DNA of 64,000 nt from Bugula neritina (lineage: Eukaryota; Animalia; Bryozoa), in NCBI GenBank assembly GCA_964035545.1, contig CAXIUT010000103.1:434001-498000 (forward strand). Direction: 5' to 3'. Positions 11,601-27,000 of the stretch are shown one piece after another. Below the pieces are notes generated by a model, which worked only from the letters and a program-made list of their open reading frames with translations, did no database searches and was not told where the DNA came from. The position numbers were made by a program, and so were the translations under genes. Numbering within the stretch: position 1 is the first letter of the stretch; the number at the start of each line of letters is the position of its first letter.

Positions 11601-14600
11601 CCTATCTTGCAACTGGTGCTGGTGCAAAGAAATTGAAGGGTTATGTTTCATAGTCATATATTCAGCTAGTACTTCTAACTGCAAAGGAGTAACATTGCAG
11701 AAAAAGGTGAAGATGTGAAGCACTGTAGATTTATGGTAAGTTATAATATGCATTTGATATTACTTATCTGTCCAGAAAACAATAATATTATATTATATTT
11801 TATTCTACTCAGTAGTACCAACAATGAATATTTTATCATTGTTTATGGCAATCGTGAATCTCAACAATGAATAATAATAATGTGCATTGTCAATTTTCAC
11901 AAAATAGCAGTCTTCAGTCAGCCCTCTCTAGTTCAAGATGGGCATCACTATACACACAAGAGTTAAGAACTTTAATGAGTCCTGTCAGCTAACCAGCTCA
12001 TGAAGTCTACACAGTTTGGTTGCAGACGTTTGCATTTGACATTAGGACTAAAGTGTTGACTACATGGAGATTTCAACTTCAATTGTTAATCAACTTGTTT
12101 TGGATCTACTTGTTACATCTGGCTTACTCTCTCTGGTAGGTTTATTTCATTAACTTTCTATACTGATTTTCTTAACTTTCTGAAGAGTTTGTTGTGATGC
12201 GAAATATATTACCAAATATCTCATGGCAACGTGCCAATACAGTTAACACAGTAATTAAGCACTGGTGTCTTTGAAGCAGGCATCAAGTTTTGCATAAAAA
12301 AATTTATCAAGTATCTAAACACATGCAAGTGATGAGTTTGGAGATATTATTTAAAACTACAAAAGTTTCCATGCTGCGTGTAAATCAAAAGTGGACAAGT
12401 GCTGCAAACACCTCTTTTCATAGAATGACTCATTTATTTCTCATATGTTTGCAAAGGCATCTAAAATTAGTTATTGCTCTAGCAAAATATAACACTGTGA
12501 AATGGCGCTGCAGATGAGTTTTCTCTTTTAATATGAAAACTGATGATTGAAGAGCAATATAGTCTACTAATAAATTGGGTTTCAGCAGTGACTCATCTCC
12601 ACTGCCTGTAAACTATAAATCTTCAAATCGTATACTGTAGGCCCATGGTCCAACTCTAAAACAATAACACATTTCACATGAGTCAGGATTACTGGTTGTT
12701 AGAAGGGACAGGGGGGCAGGAGAGGGGAGGGGAAAATAAAACATCTAAATTTAATAGTAAAGGCGGGTGTACAATGCAAAGGTCTTCCAGCATCACTGAT
12801 ATTTCCATAATAACTGCAAGGCGCAAGCTCCTGCTGATGGACAATATGACAGAAAAACTCTTTCAAATAAGTAAACTAATATTAGCCTGTGTCTGCTTCG
12901 TATAAACGCCAAGAACAAACTTTTAGGAAAGATAACTCCCACCACACCTATCTTGCAACCGGTGCTAGTGCAATGAAATTGAAGGGCTATGTTTCATAGT
13001 CCTATATTCAGCTAGTACTTCTAACTAGAAAGAAATAACATTGCCGGAAAAGTTGAAGAGGTGAAGCACTGTAGAGTTATGGCAAGTTAGATTCTCTATA
13101 TGATATTATTTATCTGTCAAGAAAATATTATATTATATTTTATTCTACTCACTAGTACCAACAATGAATATTTTATCATTGTTTATGGCAGTCGTGAATC
13201 TCAACAATGAATAATAATAATATGCATTGTCAATTTTCACAAAGTAGCAGTCTTCAGTCAGCCCTCTCTAGTTCAAGATGGGCATCACTATACACACAAG
13301 AGTTAAGAACTTTAATGAGTCCTGTCAGGTAACCAGCTCATGAAGTCTACACAGTTTGGTTGCAGACGTTTGCATTTGACATTAGGATTAAAGTGTTCAC
13401 TACATGGAGACTTCAACTTCAATTGTTAATCAACTTGTTTTGGATCTACTTGTCACATCTGGCTTACGCTCTCTGGTAGGTTTATTTCATTAACTTTCTA
13501 GACTGATTTTCTTAACTTTCTGAAGAGTTTGTTGTGATGCGAAATATATTGCCAAATATCTCATGGCAACGTGCCAATACAGTTAACACAGTAATTAAGC
13601 ACTGGTGTCTTTGAAGCAGGCATCAAGTTATGCATAAAAATGTTCATCAAGTATCTAAACACATGCAAGTGATGAGTTTGGAGATATTATTTAAAACTAC
13701 AAAAGTTTCCATGCCGCGTGTAAATCAAAAGTGGACAAGTGCTGCAAACACCTCTTTTCATAGAATGACTCATTTATTTCTCATATGTTTGCAAAGGCAT
13801 CTAAAATTAGTTATTGCTCTAGCAAAATATAACACTGTGAAATGGCGCTGCAGATGAGCTTTCTCTTTTAATATGAAAACTGATGATTGAAGAGCAATAT
13901 AGTCTACTAATAAAATGGGTTTTAGCAGTGACTCATCTCCACTGCCTGTAAACTATAAAGCTTCAAATCGTATACTGTAGGCCCATGGGCCAACTCTAGC
14001 ACAATAACACAATTCACATGAGTCAGGATTGCTGGTTGTTAGAGGGGACAGGGGGGGCAGGAGAGGGGATGGGAAAATAAAACATCTAAATTCAATAGTA
14101 AAAGCCGGTGTACAATGCAAAGGTCTTCCAGCATCACTGGTATTTCCATAATAACTGCAAGGCCAAACTTTTGCTGATGGACAATCAGACAGAAAAACTC
14201 TTGCAAATAACAAAACTAATATTAGCCTGTGTCTGCTTCTTATAAACACAAAGAACAAAATTTTGGGAAAGATAACTCCCAACACACCTATCTTGCAACT
14301 GGTGCTGGTGCAATGAAATTGAAGGGTTATGTTTCATAGTCATATTTTCAACTAGTACTTCTAACTGCAAAGAAATAACATTGCAGAAAAAAGTGAAGAT
14401 GTGAAGCACTGTAGATTTATGGTAAGTTATAATATGCATTTGATATTATTTATTTGTCCAGAAAATAATATTATATTATATTTTATTCTACTCAGTAGTA
14501 CCAACAATGAATATTTTATCATTGTTTATGGCAGTCGTGAATCTCAACAATGAATAATAATAATATGCATTGTCAATTTTCACAAAGTAGCAGTCTTCAG

Positions 14601-15084
14601 TCAGCCCTCTCTAGTTCAAGATGGGCATCACTATACACACAAGAGTTAAGAACTTTAATGAGTCCTGTCAGCTAACCAGCTCATGAAGTCTACACAGTTT
14701 GATTGCAGGCGTTTGCATTTGACATTAGGACTAAAGTGTTGACTACATGGAGATTTCAACTTCAATTGTTAATCAACTAATTGTTTTGGATCTACTTGTT
14801 ACATCTGGCTTACTCTTTCTGGTAGGTTTATTTCATTAACTTTCTAGACTGATTTTCTTAACTTTCTGAAGAGTTTGTTGTGATGCGAAATATTACCAAA
14901 TATCTCATGGCAACATGCCAATACAGTTAACACAGTAATTAAGCACTGGTGTCTTTGAAGCAGGCATCAAGTTTTGCATAAAAAAATTTATCAAGTATCT
15001 AAACACATGCAAGTGATGAGTTTGGAGATATTATTTAAAACTACAAAAGTTTCCATGCTGCGTGTAAATCAAAAGTGGACAAGT

Positions 15085-18000
15085 GCTGCAAACACCTCTT
15101 TTCATGGAATGACTCATTTATTTCTCATATGTTTGCAAAGGCATCTAAAATTAGTTTTTGCTCTAGCAAAATATAACACTGTGAAATGGCGCTGCAGATG
15201 AGCTTTCTCTTTGAATATGAAAACTGATGATTGAAGAGCAATATAGTCTACTTACAAAATGGGTTTTAGCAGTGACTCATCTCCACTGCCTGTAAACTAT
15301 AAAGCTTCAAATCGTATACTGTAGGCCCATGGGCCAACTCTAGAACAATAACACAATTCACATGAGTCAGGATTGCTGGTTGTTAGAGGGGACAGGGGGG
15401 GGGGGCAGGAGAGGGGATGGGAAAATAAAACATCTAAATTCAATAGTAAAAGCGGGTGTACAATGCAAAGGTCTTCCAGCATCACTGGTATTTCCATAAT
15501 AACTGCAAGGCGCAAACTTTTGCTGATGGACAATCAGACAGAAAAACTCTTGCAAATAACAAAACTAATATTAGCCTGTGTCTGCTTCGTATAAACACCA
15601 AGAACAAAATTTTAGGAAAGATAACTCCCAACACACCTATCTTGCAACTGGTGCTGGTGCAAAGAAATTGAAGGGTTATGTTTCATAGTCATATATTCAG
15701 CTAGTACTTCTAACTGCAAAGGAGTAACATTGCAGAAAAAGGTGAAGATGTGAAGCACTGTAGATTTATGGTAAGTTATAATATGCATTTGATATTACTT
15801 ATCTGTCCAGAAAACAATAATATTATATTATATTTTATTCTACTCAGTAGTACCAACAATGAATATTTTATCATTGTTTATGGCAATCGTGAATCTCAAC
15901 AATGAATAATAATAATGTGCATTGTCAATTTTCACAAAATAGCAGTCTTCAGTCAGCCCTCTCTAGTTCAAGATGGGCATCACTATACACACAAGAGTTA
16001 AGAACTTTAATGAGTCCTGTCAGCTAACCAGCTCATGAAGTCTACACAGTTTGGTTGCAGACGTTTGCATTTGACATTAGGACTAAAGTGTTGACTACAT
16101 GGAGATTTCAACTTCAATTGTTAATCAACTTGTTTTGGATCTACTTGTTACATCTGGCTTACTCTCTCTGGTAGGTTTATTTCATTAACTTTCTATACTG
16201 ATTTTCTTAACTTTCTGAAGAGTTTGTTGTGATGCGAAATATATTACCAAATATCTCATGGCAACGTGCCAATACAGTTAACACAGTAATTAAGCACTGG
16301 TGTCTTTGAAGCAGGCATCAAGTTTTGCATAAAAAAATTTATCAAGTATCTAAACACATGCAAGTGATGAGTTTGGAGATATTATTTAAAACTACAAAAG
16401 TTTCCATGCTGCGTGTAAATCAAAAGTGGACAAGTGCTGCAAACACCTCTTTTCATAGAATGACTCATTTATTTCTCATATGTTTGCAAAGGCATCTAAA
16501 ATTAGTTATTGCTCTAGCAAAATATAACACTGTGAAATGGCGCTGCAGATGAGTTTTCTCTTTTAATATGAAAACTGATGATTGAAGAGCAATATAGTCT
16601 ACTAATAAATTGGGTTTCAGCAGTGACTCATCTCCACTGCCTGTAAACTATAAATCTTCAAATCGTATACTGTAGGCCCATGGTCCAACTCTAAAACAAT
16701 AACACATTTCACATGAGTCAGGATTACTGGTTGTTAGAAGGGACAGGGGGGCAGGAGAGGGGAGGGGAAAATAAAACATCTAAATTTAATAGTAAAGGCG
16801 GGTGTACAATGCAAAGGTCTTCCAGCATCACTGATATTTCCATAATAACTGCAAGGCGCAAGCTCCTGCTGATGGACAATATGACAGAAAAACTCTTTCA
16901 AATAAGTAAACTAATATTAGCCTGTGTCTGCTTCGTATAAACGCCAAGAACAAACTTTTAGGAAAGATAACTCCCACCACACCTATCTTGCAACCGGTGC
17001 TAGTGCAATGAAATTGAAGGGCTATGTTTCATAGTCCTATATTCAGCTAGTACTTCTAACTAGAAAGAAATAACATTGCCGGAAAAGTTGAAGAGGTGAA
17101 GCACTGTAGAGTTATGGCAAGTTAGATTCTCTATATGATATTATTTATCTGTCAAGAAAATATTATATTATATTTTATTCTACTCACTAGTACCAACAAT
17201 GAATATTTTATCATTGTTTATGGCAGTCGTGAATCTCAACAATGAATAATAATAATATGCATTGTCAATTTTCACAAAGTAGCAGTCTTCAGTCAGCCCT
17301 CTCTAGTTCAAGATGGGCATCACTATACACACAAGAGTTAAGAACTTTAATGAGTCCTGTCAGGTAACCAGCTCATGAAGTCTACACAGTTTGGTTGCAG
17401 ACGTTTGCATTTGACATTAGGATTAAAGTGTTCACTACATGGAGACTTCAACTTCAATTGTTAATCAACTTGTTTTGGATCTACTTGTCACATCTGGCTT
17501 ACGCTCTCTGGTAGGTTTATTTCATTAACTTTCTAGACTGATTTTCTTAACTTTCTGAAGAGTTTGTTGTGATGCGAAATATATTGCCAAATATCTCATG
17601 GCAACGTGCCAATACAGTTAACACAGTAATTAAGCACTGGTGTCTTTGAAGCAGGCATCAAGTTATGCATAAAAATGTTCATCAAGTATCTAAACACATG
17701 CAAGTGATGAGTTTGGAGATATTATTTAAAACTACAAAAGTTTCCATGCCGCGTGTAAATCAAAAGTGGACAAGTGCTGCAAACACCTCTTTTCATAGAA
17801 TGACTCATTTATTTCTCATATGTTTGCAAAGGCATCTAAAATTAGTTATTGCTCTAGCAAAATATAACACTGTGAAATGGCGCTGCAGATGAGCTTTCTC
17901 TTTTAATATGAAAACTGATGATTGAAGAGCAATATAGTCTACTAATAAAATGGGTTTTAGCAGTGACTCATCTCCACTGCCTGTAAACTATAAAGCTTCA

Positions 18001-21000
18001 AATCGTATACTGTAGGCCCATGGGCCAACTCTAGCACAATAACACAATTCACATGAGTCAGGATTGCTGGTTGTTAGAGGGGACAGGGGGGGCAGGAGAG
18101 GGGATGGGAAAATAAAACATCTAAATTCAATAGTAAAAGCCGGTGTACAATGCAAAGGTCTTCCAGCATCACTGGTATTTCCATAATAACTGCAAGGCGC
18201 AAACTTTTGCTGATGGACAATCAGACAGAAAAACTCTTGCAAATAACAAAACTAATATTAGCCTGTGTCTGCTTCGTATAAACACCAAGAACAAAATTTT
18301 AGGAAAGATAACTCCCAACACACCTATCTTGCAACTGGTGCTGGTGCAAAGAAATTGAAGGGTTATGTTTCATAGTCATATATTCAGCTAGTACTTCTAA
18401 CTGCAAAGGAGTAACATTGCAGAAAAAGGTGAAGATGTGAAGCACTGTAGATTTATGGTAAGTTATAATATGCATTTGATATTACTTATCTGTCCAGAAA
18501 ACAATAATATTATATTATATTTTATTCTACTCAGTAGTACCAACAATGAATATTTTATCATTGTTTATGGCAGTCGTGAATCTCAACAATGAATAATAAT
18601 AATATGCATTGTCAATTTTCACAAAGTAGCAGTCTTCAGTCAGCCCTCTCTAGTTCAAGATGGGCATCACTATACACACAAGAGTTAAGAACTTTAATGA
18701 GTCCTGTCAGCTAACCAGCTCATGAAGTCTACACAGTTTGATTGCAGGCGTTTGCATTTGACATTAGGACTAAAGTGTTGACTACATGGAGATTTCAACT
18801 TCAATTGTTAATCAACTAATTGTTTTGGATCTACTTGTTACATCTGGCTTACTCTTTCTGGTAGGTTTATTTCATTAACTTTCTAGACTGATTTTCTTAA
18901 CTTTCTGAAGAGTTTGTTGTGATGCGAAATATTACCAAATATCTCATGGCAACATGCCAATACAGTTAACACAGTAATTAAGCACTGGTGTCTTTGAAGC
19001 AGGCATCAAGTTTTGCATAAAAAAACTTATCAAGTATCTAAACACATGCAAGTGATGAGTTTGGAGATATTATTTAAAACTACAAAAGTTTCCATGCCGC
19101 TTGTAAATCAAAAGTGGACAATTGCTGCAAACACCTCTTTTCATGGAATGACTCATTTATTTCTCATATGTTTGCAAAGGCATCTAAAATTAGTTATTGC
19201 TCTAGCAAAATAAAACACTGTGAAATGGCGCTGCAGATGAGCTTTCTCTTTTAATATGAAAACTGATGATTGAAGAGCAATATAGTCTACTAATAAATTG
19301 GGTTTCAGCAGTGACTCATCTCCACTGCCTGTAAACTATAAATCTTCAAATCGTATACTGTAGGCCCATGGTCCAACTCTAAAACAATAACACATTTCAC
19401 ATGAGTCAGGATTACTGGTTGTTAGAAGGGACAGGGGGGCAGGAGAGGGGAGGGGAAAATAAAACATCTAAATTTAATAGTAAAGGCGGGTGTACAATGC
19501 AAAGGTCTTCCAGCATCACTGATATTTCCATAATAACTGCAAGGCGCAAGCTCCTGCTGATGGACAATATGACAGAAAAACTCTTTCAAATAAGTAAACT
19601 AATATTAGCCTGTGTCTGCTTCGTATAAACGCCAAGAACAAACTTTTAGGAAAGATAACTCCCACCACACCTATCTTGCAACCGGTGCTGGTGCAATGAA
19701 ATTGAAGGGCTATGTTTCATAGTCCTATATTCAGCTAGTACTTCTAACTAGAAAGAAATAACATTGCCGGAAAAGTTGAAGAGGTGAAGCACTGTCGAGT
19801 TATGGCAAGTTAGATTCTCTATATGATATTATTTATCTGTCAAGAAAATATTATATTATATTTTATTCTACTCACTAGTACCAACAATGAATATTTTATC
19901 ATTGTTTATGGCAGTCGTGAATCTCAACAATGAATAATAATAATACGCATTGTCAATTTTCACAAAGTAGCAGTCTTCAGTCAGCCCTCTCTAGTTCAAG
20001 ATGGGCATCACTATACACACAAGAGTTAAGAACTTTAATGAGTCCTGTCAGGTAACCAGCTCATTAAGTCTACACAGTTTGGTTGCAGACGTTTGCATTT
20101 GACATTAGGATTAAAGTGTTCACTACATGGAGACTTCAACTTCAATTGTTAATCAACTTGTTTTGGATCTACTTGTCACATCTGGCTTACTCTCTCTGGT
20201 AGGTTTATTTCATTAACTTTCTAGACTGATTTTCTTAACTTTCTGAAGAGTTTGTTGTGATGCGAAATATATTGCCAAATATCTCATGGCAACGTGCCAA
20301 TACAGTTAACACAGTAATTAAGCACTGGTGTCTTTGAAGCAGGCATCAAGTTTTGCATAAAAAAACTTATCAAGTATCTAAACACATGCAAGTGATGAGT
20401 TTGGAGATATTATTTAAAACTACAAAAGTTTCCATGCCGCTTGTAAATCAAAAGTGGACAATTGCTGCAAACACCTCTTTTCATGGAATGACTCATTTAT
20501 TTCTCATATGTTTGCAAAGGCATCTAAAATTAGTTTTTGCTCTAGCAAAATATAACACTGTGAAATGGCGCTGCAGATGAGCTTTCTCTTTGAATATGAA
20601 AACTGATGATTGAAGAGCAATATAGTCTACTTACAAAATGGGTTTTAGCAGTGACTCATCTCCACTGCCTGTAAACTATAAAGCTTCAAATCGTATACTG
20701 TAGGCCCATGGGCCAACTCTAGAACAATAACACAATTCACATGAGTCAGGATTGCTGGTTGTTAGAGGGGACAGGGGGGGGGGCAGGAGAGGGGATGGGA
20801 AAATAAAACATCTAAATTCAATAGTAAAAGCGGGTGTACAATGCAAAGGTCTTCCAGCATCACTGGTATTTCCATAATAACTGCAAGGCGCAAACTTTTG
20901 CTGATGGACAATCAGACAGAAAAACTCTTGCAAATAACAAAACTAATATTAGCCTGTGTCTGCTTCGTATAAACACCAAGAACAAAATTTTAGGAAAGAT

Positions 21001-24000
21001 AACTCCCAACACACCTATCTTGCAACTGGTGCTGGTGCAAAGAAATTGAAGGGTTATGTTTCATAGTCATATATTCAGCTAGTACTTCTAACTGCAAAGG
21101 AGTAACATTGCAGAAAAAGGTGAAGATGTGAAGCACTGTAGATTTATGGTAAGTTATAATATGCATTTGATATTACTTATCTGTCCAGAAAACAATAATA
21201 TTATATTATATTTTATTCTACTCAGTAGTACCAACAATGAATATTTTATCATTGTTTATGGCAATCGTGAATCTCAACAATGAATAATAATAATGTGCAT
21301 TGTCAATTTTCACAAAATAGCAGTCTTCAGTCAGCCCTCTCTAGTTCAAGATGGGCATCACTATACACACAAGAGTTAAGAACTTTAATGAGTCCTGTCA
21401 GCTAACCAGCTCATGAAGTCTACACAGTTTGGTTGCAGACGTTTGCATTTGACATTAGGACTAAAGTGTTGACTACATGGAGATTTCAACTTCAATTGTT
21501 AATCAACTTGTTTTGGATCTACTTGTTACATCTGGCTTACTCTCTCTGGTAGGTTTATTTCATTAACTTTCTATACTGATTTTCTTAACTTTCTGAAGAG
21601 TTTGTTGTGATGCGAAATATATTACCAAATATCTCATGGCAACGTGCCAATACAGTTAACACAGTAATTAAGCACTGGTGTCTTTGAAGCAGGCATCAAG
21701 TTTTGCATAAAAAAATTTATCAAGTATCTAAACACATGCAAGTGATGAGTTTGGAGATATTATTTAAAACTACAAAAGTTTCCATGCTGCGTGTAAATCA
21801 AAAGTGGACAAGTGCTGCAAACACCTCTTTTCATAGAATGACTCATTTATTTCTCATATGTTTGCAAAGGCATCTAAAATTAGTTATTGCTCTAGCAAAA
21901 TATAACACTGTGAAATGGCGCTGCAGATGAGTTTTCTCTTTTAATATGAAAACTGATGATTGAAGAGCAATATAGTCTACTAATAAATTGGGTTTCAGCA
22001 GTGACTCATCTCCACTGCCTGTAAACTATAAATCTTCAAATCGTATACTGTAGGCCCATGGTCCAACTCTAAAACAATAACACATTTCACATGAGTCAGG
22101 ATTACTGGTTGTTAGAAGGGACAGGGGGGCAGGAGAGGGGAGGGGAAAATAAAACATCTAAATTTAATAGTAAAGGCGGGTGTACAATGCAAAGGTCTTC
22201 CAGCATCACTGATATTTCCATAATAACTGCAAGGCGCAAGCTCCTGCTGATGGACAATATGACAGAAAAACTCTTTCAAATAAGTAAACTAATATTAGCC
22301 TGTGTCTGCTTCGTATAAACGCCAAGAACAAACTTTTAGGAAAGATAACTCCCACCACACCTATCTTGCAACCGGTGCTAGTGCAATGAAATTGAAGGGC
22401 TATGTTTCATAGTCCTATATTCAGCTAGTACTTCTAACTAGAAAGAAATAACATTGCCGGAAAAGTTGAAGAGGTGAAGCACTGTAGAGTTATGGCAAGT
22501 TAGATTCTCTATATGATATTATTTATCTGTCAAGAAAATATTATATTATATTTTATTCTACTCACTAGTACCAACAATGAATATTTTATCATTGTTTATG
22601 GCAGTCGTGAATCTCAACAATGAATAATAATAATATGCATTGTCAATTTTCACAAAGTAGCAGTCTTCAGTCAGCCCTCTCTAGTTCAAGATGGGCATCA
22701 CTATACACACAAGAGTTAAGAACTTTAATGAGTCCTGTCAGGTAACCAGCTCATGAAGTCTACACAGTTTGGTTGCAGACGTTTGCATTTGACATTAGGA
22801 TTAAAGTGTTCACTACATGGAGACTTCAACTTCAATTGTTAATCAACTTGTTTTGGATCTACTTGTCACATCTGGCTTACGCTCTCTGGTAGGTTTATTT
22901 CATTAACTTTCTAGACTGATTTTCTTAACTTTCTGAAGAGTTTGTTGTGATGCGAAATATATTGCCAAATATCTCATGGCAACGTGCCAATACAGTTAAC
23001 ACAGTAATTAAGCACTGGTGTCTTTGAAGCAGGCATCAAGTTATGCATAAAAATGTTCATCAAGTATCTAAACACATGCAAGTGATGAGTTTGGAGATAT
23101 TATTTAAAACTACAAAAGTTTCCATGCCGCGTGTAAATCAAAAGTGGACAAGTGCTGCAAACACCTCTTTTCATAGAATGACTCATTTATTTCTCATATG
23201 TTTGCAAAGGCATCTAAAATTAGTTATTGCTCTAGCAAAATATAACACTGTGAAATGGCGCTGCAGATGAGCTTTCTCTTTTAATATGAAAACTGATGAT
23301 TGAAGAGCAATATAGTCTACTAATAAAATGGGTTTTAGCAGTGACTCATCTCCACTGCCTGTAAACTATAAAGCTTCAAATCGTATACTGTAGGCCCATG
23401 GGCCAACTCTAGCACAATAACACAATTCACATGAGTCAGGATTGCTGGTTGTTAGAGGGGACAGGGGGGGCAGGAGAGGGGATGGGAAAATAAAACATCT
23501 AAATTCAATAGTAAAAGCCGGTGTACAATGCAAAGGTCTTCCAGCATCACTGGTATTTCCATAATAACTGCAAGGCGCAAACTTTTGCTGATGGACAATC
23601 AGACAGAAAAACTCTTGCAAATAACAAAACTAATATTAGCCTGTGTCTGCTTCGTATAAACACCAAGAACAAAATTTTAGGAAAGATAACTCCCAACACA
23701 CCTATCTTGCAACTGGTGCTGGTGCAAAGAAATTGAAGGGTTATGTTTCATAGTCATATATTCAGCTAGTACTTCTAACTGCAAAGGAGTAACATTGCAG
23801 AAAAAGGTGAAGATGTGAAGCACTGTAGATTTATGGTAAGTTATAATATGCATTTGATATTACTTATCTGTCCAGAAAACAATAATATTATATTATATTT
23901 TATTCTACTCAGTAGTACCAACAATGAATATTTTATCATTGTTTATGGCAGTCGTGAATCTCAACAATGAATAATAATAATATGCATTGTCAATTTTCAC

Positions 24001-27000
24001 AAAGTAGCAGTCTTCAGTCAGCCCTCTCTAGTTCAAGATGGGCATCACTATACACACAAGAGTTAAGAACTTTAATGAGTCCTGTCAGCTAACCAGCTCA
24101 TGAAGTCTACACAGTTTGATTGCAGGCGTTTGCATTTGACATTAGGACTAAAGTGTTGACTACATGGAGATTTCAACTTCAATTGTTAATCAACTAATTG
24201 TTTTGGATCTACTTGTTACATCTGGCTTACTCTTTCTGGTAGGTTTATTTCATTAACTTTCTAGACTGATTTTCTTAACTTTCTGAAGAGTTTGTTGTGA
24301 TGCGAAATATTACCAAATATCTCATGGCAACATGCCAATACAGTTAACACAGTAATTAAGCACTGGTGTCTTTGAAGCAGGCATCAAGTTTTGCATAAAA
24401 AAACTTATCAAGTATCTAAACACATGCAAGTGATGAGTTTGGAGATATTATTTAAAACTACAAAAGTTTCCATGCCGCTTGTAAATCAAAAGTGGACAAT
24501 TGCTGCAAACACCTCTTTTCATGGAATGACTCATTTATTTCTCATATGTTTGCAAAGGCATCTAAAATTAGTTATTGCTCTAGCAAAATAAAACACTGTG
24601 AAATGGCGCTGCAGATGAGCTTTCTCTTTTAATATGAAAACTGATGATTGAAGAGCAATATAGTCTACTAATAAATTGGGTTTCAGCAGTGACTCATCTC
24701 CACTGCCTGTAAACTATAAATCTTCAAATCGTATACTGTAGGCCCATGGTCCAACTCTAAAACAATAACACATTTCACATGAGTCAGGATTACTGGTTGT
24801 TAGAAGGGACAGGGGGGCAGGAGAGGGGAGGGGAAAATAAAACATCTAAATTTAATAGTAAAGGCGGGTGTACAATGCAAAGGTCTTCCAGCATCACTGA
24901 TATTTCCATAATAACTGCAAGGCGCAAGCTCCTGCTGATGGACAATATGACAGAAAAACTCTTTCAAATAAGTAAACTAATATTAGCCTGTGTCTGCTTC
25001 GTATAAACGCCAAGAACAAACTTTTAGGAAAGATAACTCCCACCACACCTATCTTGCAACCGGTGCTGGTGCAATGAAATTGAAGGGCTATGTTTCATAG
25101 TCCTATATTCAGCTAGTACTTCTAACTAGAAAGAAATAACATTGCCGGAAAAGTTGAAGAGGTGAAGCACTGTCGAGTTATGGCAAGTTAGATTCTCTAT
25201 ATGATATTATTTATCTGTCAAGAAAATATTATATTATATTTTATTCTACTCACTAGTACCAACAATGAATATTTTATCATTGTTTATGGCAGTCGTGAAT
25301 CTCAACAATGAATAATAATAATACGCATTGTCAATTTTCACAAAGTAGCAGTCTTCAGTCAGCCCTCTCTAGTTCAAGATGGGCATCACTATACACACAA
25401 GAGTTAAGAACTTTAATGAGTCCTGTCAGGTAACCAGCTCATTAAGTCTACACAGTTTGGTTGCAGACGTTTGCATTTGACATTAGGATTAAAGTGTTCA
25501 CTACATGGAGACTTCAACTTCAATTGTTAATCAACTTGTTTTGGATCTACTTGTCACATCTGGCTTACTCTCTCTGGTAGGTTTATTTCATTAACTTTCT
25601 AGACTGATTTTCTTAACTTTCTGAAGAGTTTGTTGTGATGCGAAATATATTGCCAAATATCTCATGGCAACGTGCCAATACAGTTAACACAGTAATTAAG
25701 CACTGGTGTCTTTGAAGCAGGCATCAAGTTTTGCATAAAAAAACTTATCAAGTATCTAAACACATGCAAGTGATGAGTTTGGAGATATTATTTAAAACTA
25801 CAAAAGTTTCCATGCCGCTTGTAAATCAAAAGTGGACAATTGCTGCAAACACCTCTTTTCATGGAATGACTCATTTATTTCTCATATGTTTGCAAAGGCA
25901 TCTAAAATTAGTTTTTGCTCTAGCAAAATATAACACTGTGAAATGGCGCTGCAGATGAGCTTTCTCTTTGAATATGAAAACTGATGATTGAAGAGCAATA
26001 TAGTCTACTTACAAAATGGGTTTTAGCAGTGACTCATCTCCACTGCCTGTAAACTATAAAGCTTCAAATCGTATACTGTAGGCCCATGGGCCAACTCTAG
26101 AACAATAACACAATTCACATGAGTCAGGATTGCTGGTTGTTAGAGGGGACAGGGGGGGGGGCAGGAGAGGGGATGGGAAAATAAAACATCTAAATTCAAT
26201 AGTAAAAGCGGGTGTACAATGCAAAGGTCTTCCAGCATCACTGGTATTTCCATAATAACTGCAAGGCGCAAACTTTTGCTGATGGACAATCAGACAGAAA
26301 AACTCTTGCAAATAACAAAACTAATATTAGCCTGTGTCTGCTTCGTATAAACACCAAGAACAAAATTTTAGGAAAGATAACTCCCAACACACCTATCTTG
26401 CAACTGGTGCTGGTGCAAAGAAATTGAAGGGTTATGTTTCATAGTCATATATTCAGCTAGTACTTCTAACTGCAAAGGAGTAACATTGCAGAAAAAGGTG
26501 AAGATGTGAAGCACTGTAGATTTATGGTAAGTTATAATATGCATTTGATATTACTTATCTGTCCAGAAAACAATAATATTATATTATATTTTATTCTACT
26601 CAGTAGTACCAACAATGAATATTTTATCATTGTTTATGGCAATCGTGAATCTCAACAATGAATAATAATAATGTGCATTGTCAATTTTCACAAAATAGCA
26701 GTCTTCAGTCAGCCCTCTCTAGTTCAAGATGGGCATCACTATACACACAAGAGTTAAGAACTTTAATGAGTCCTGTCAGCTAACCAGCTCATGAAGTCTA
26801 CACAGTTTGGTTGCAGACGTTTGCATTTGACATTAGGACTAAAGTGTTGACTACATGGAGATTTCAACTTCAATTGTTAATCAACTTGTTTTGGATCTAC
26901 TTGTTACATCTGGCTTACTCTCTCTGGTAGGTTTATTTCATTAACTTTCTATACTGATTTTCTTAACTTTCTGAAGAGTTTGTTGTGATGCGAAATATAT

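Larger units (their letters stand above)
1..14772. repeat. Higher-order zone 1: strict A/B dimer alternation (2,684-2,687 bp), order A1-B-A2-B-A2-B-A1-B-A2-B-A1
   Basis: Anchor spacings are 1344,1340,1347,1340,1347,1340,1344,1340,1347,1340,1344. The private variant CTTATGC occurs at 34 and 8092 (offset 8,058), and TAGCCTACTATT is shared by monomers 2 and 8. Confidence 0.9.
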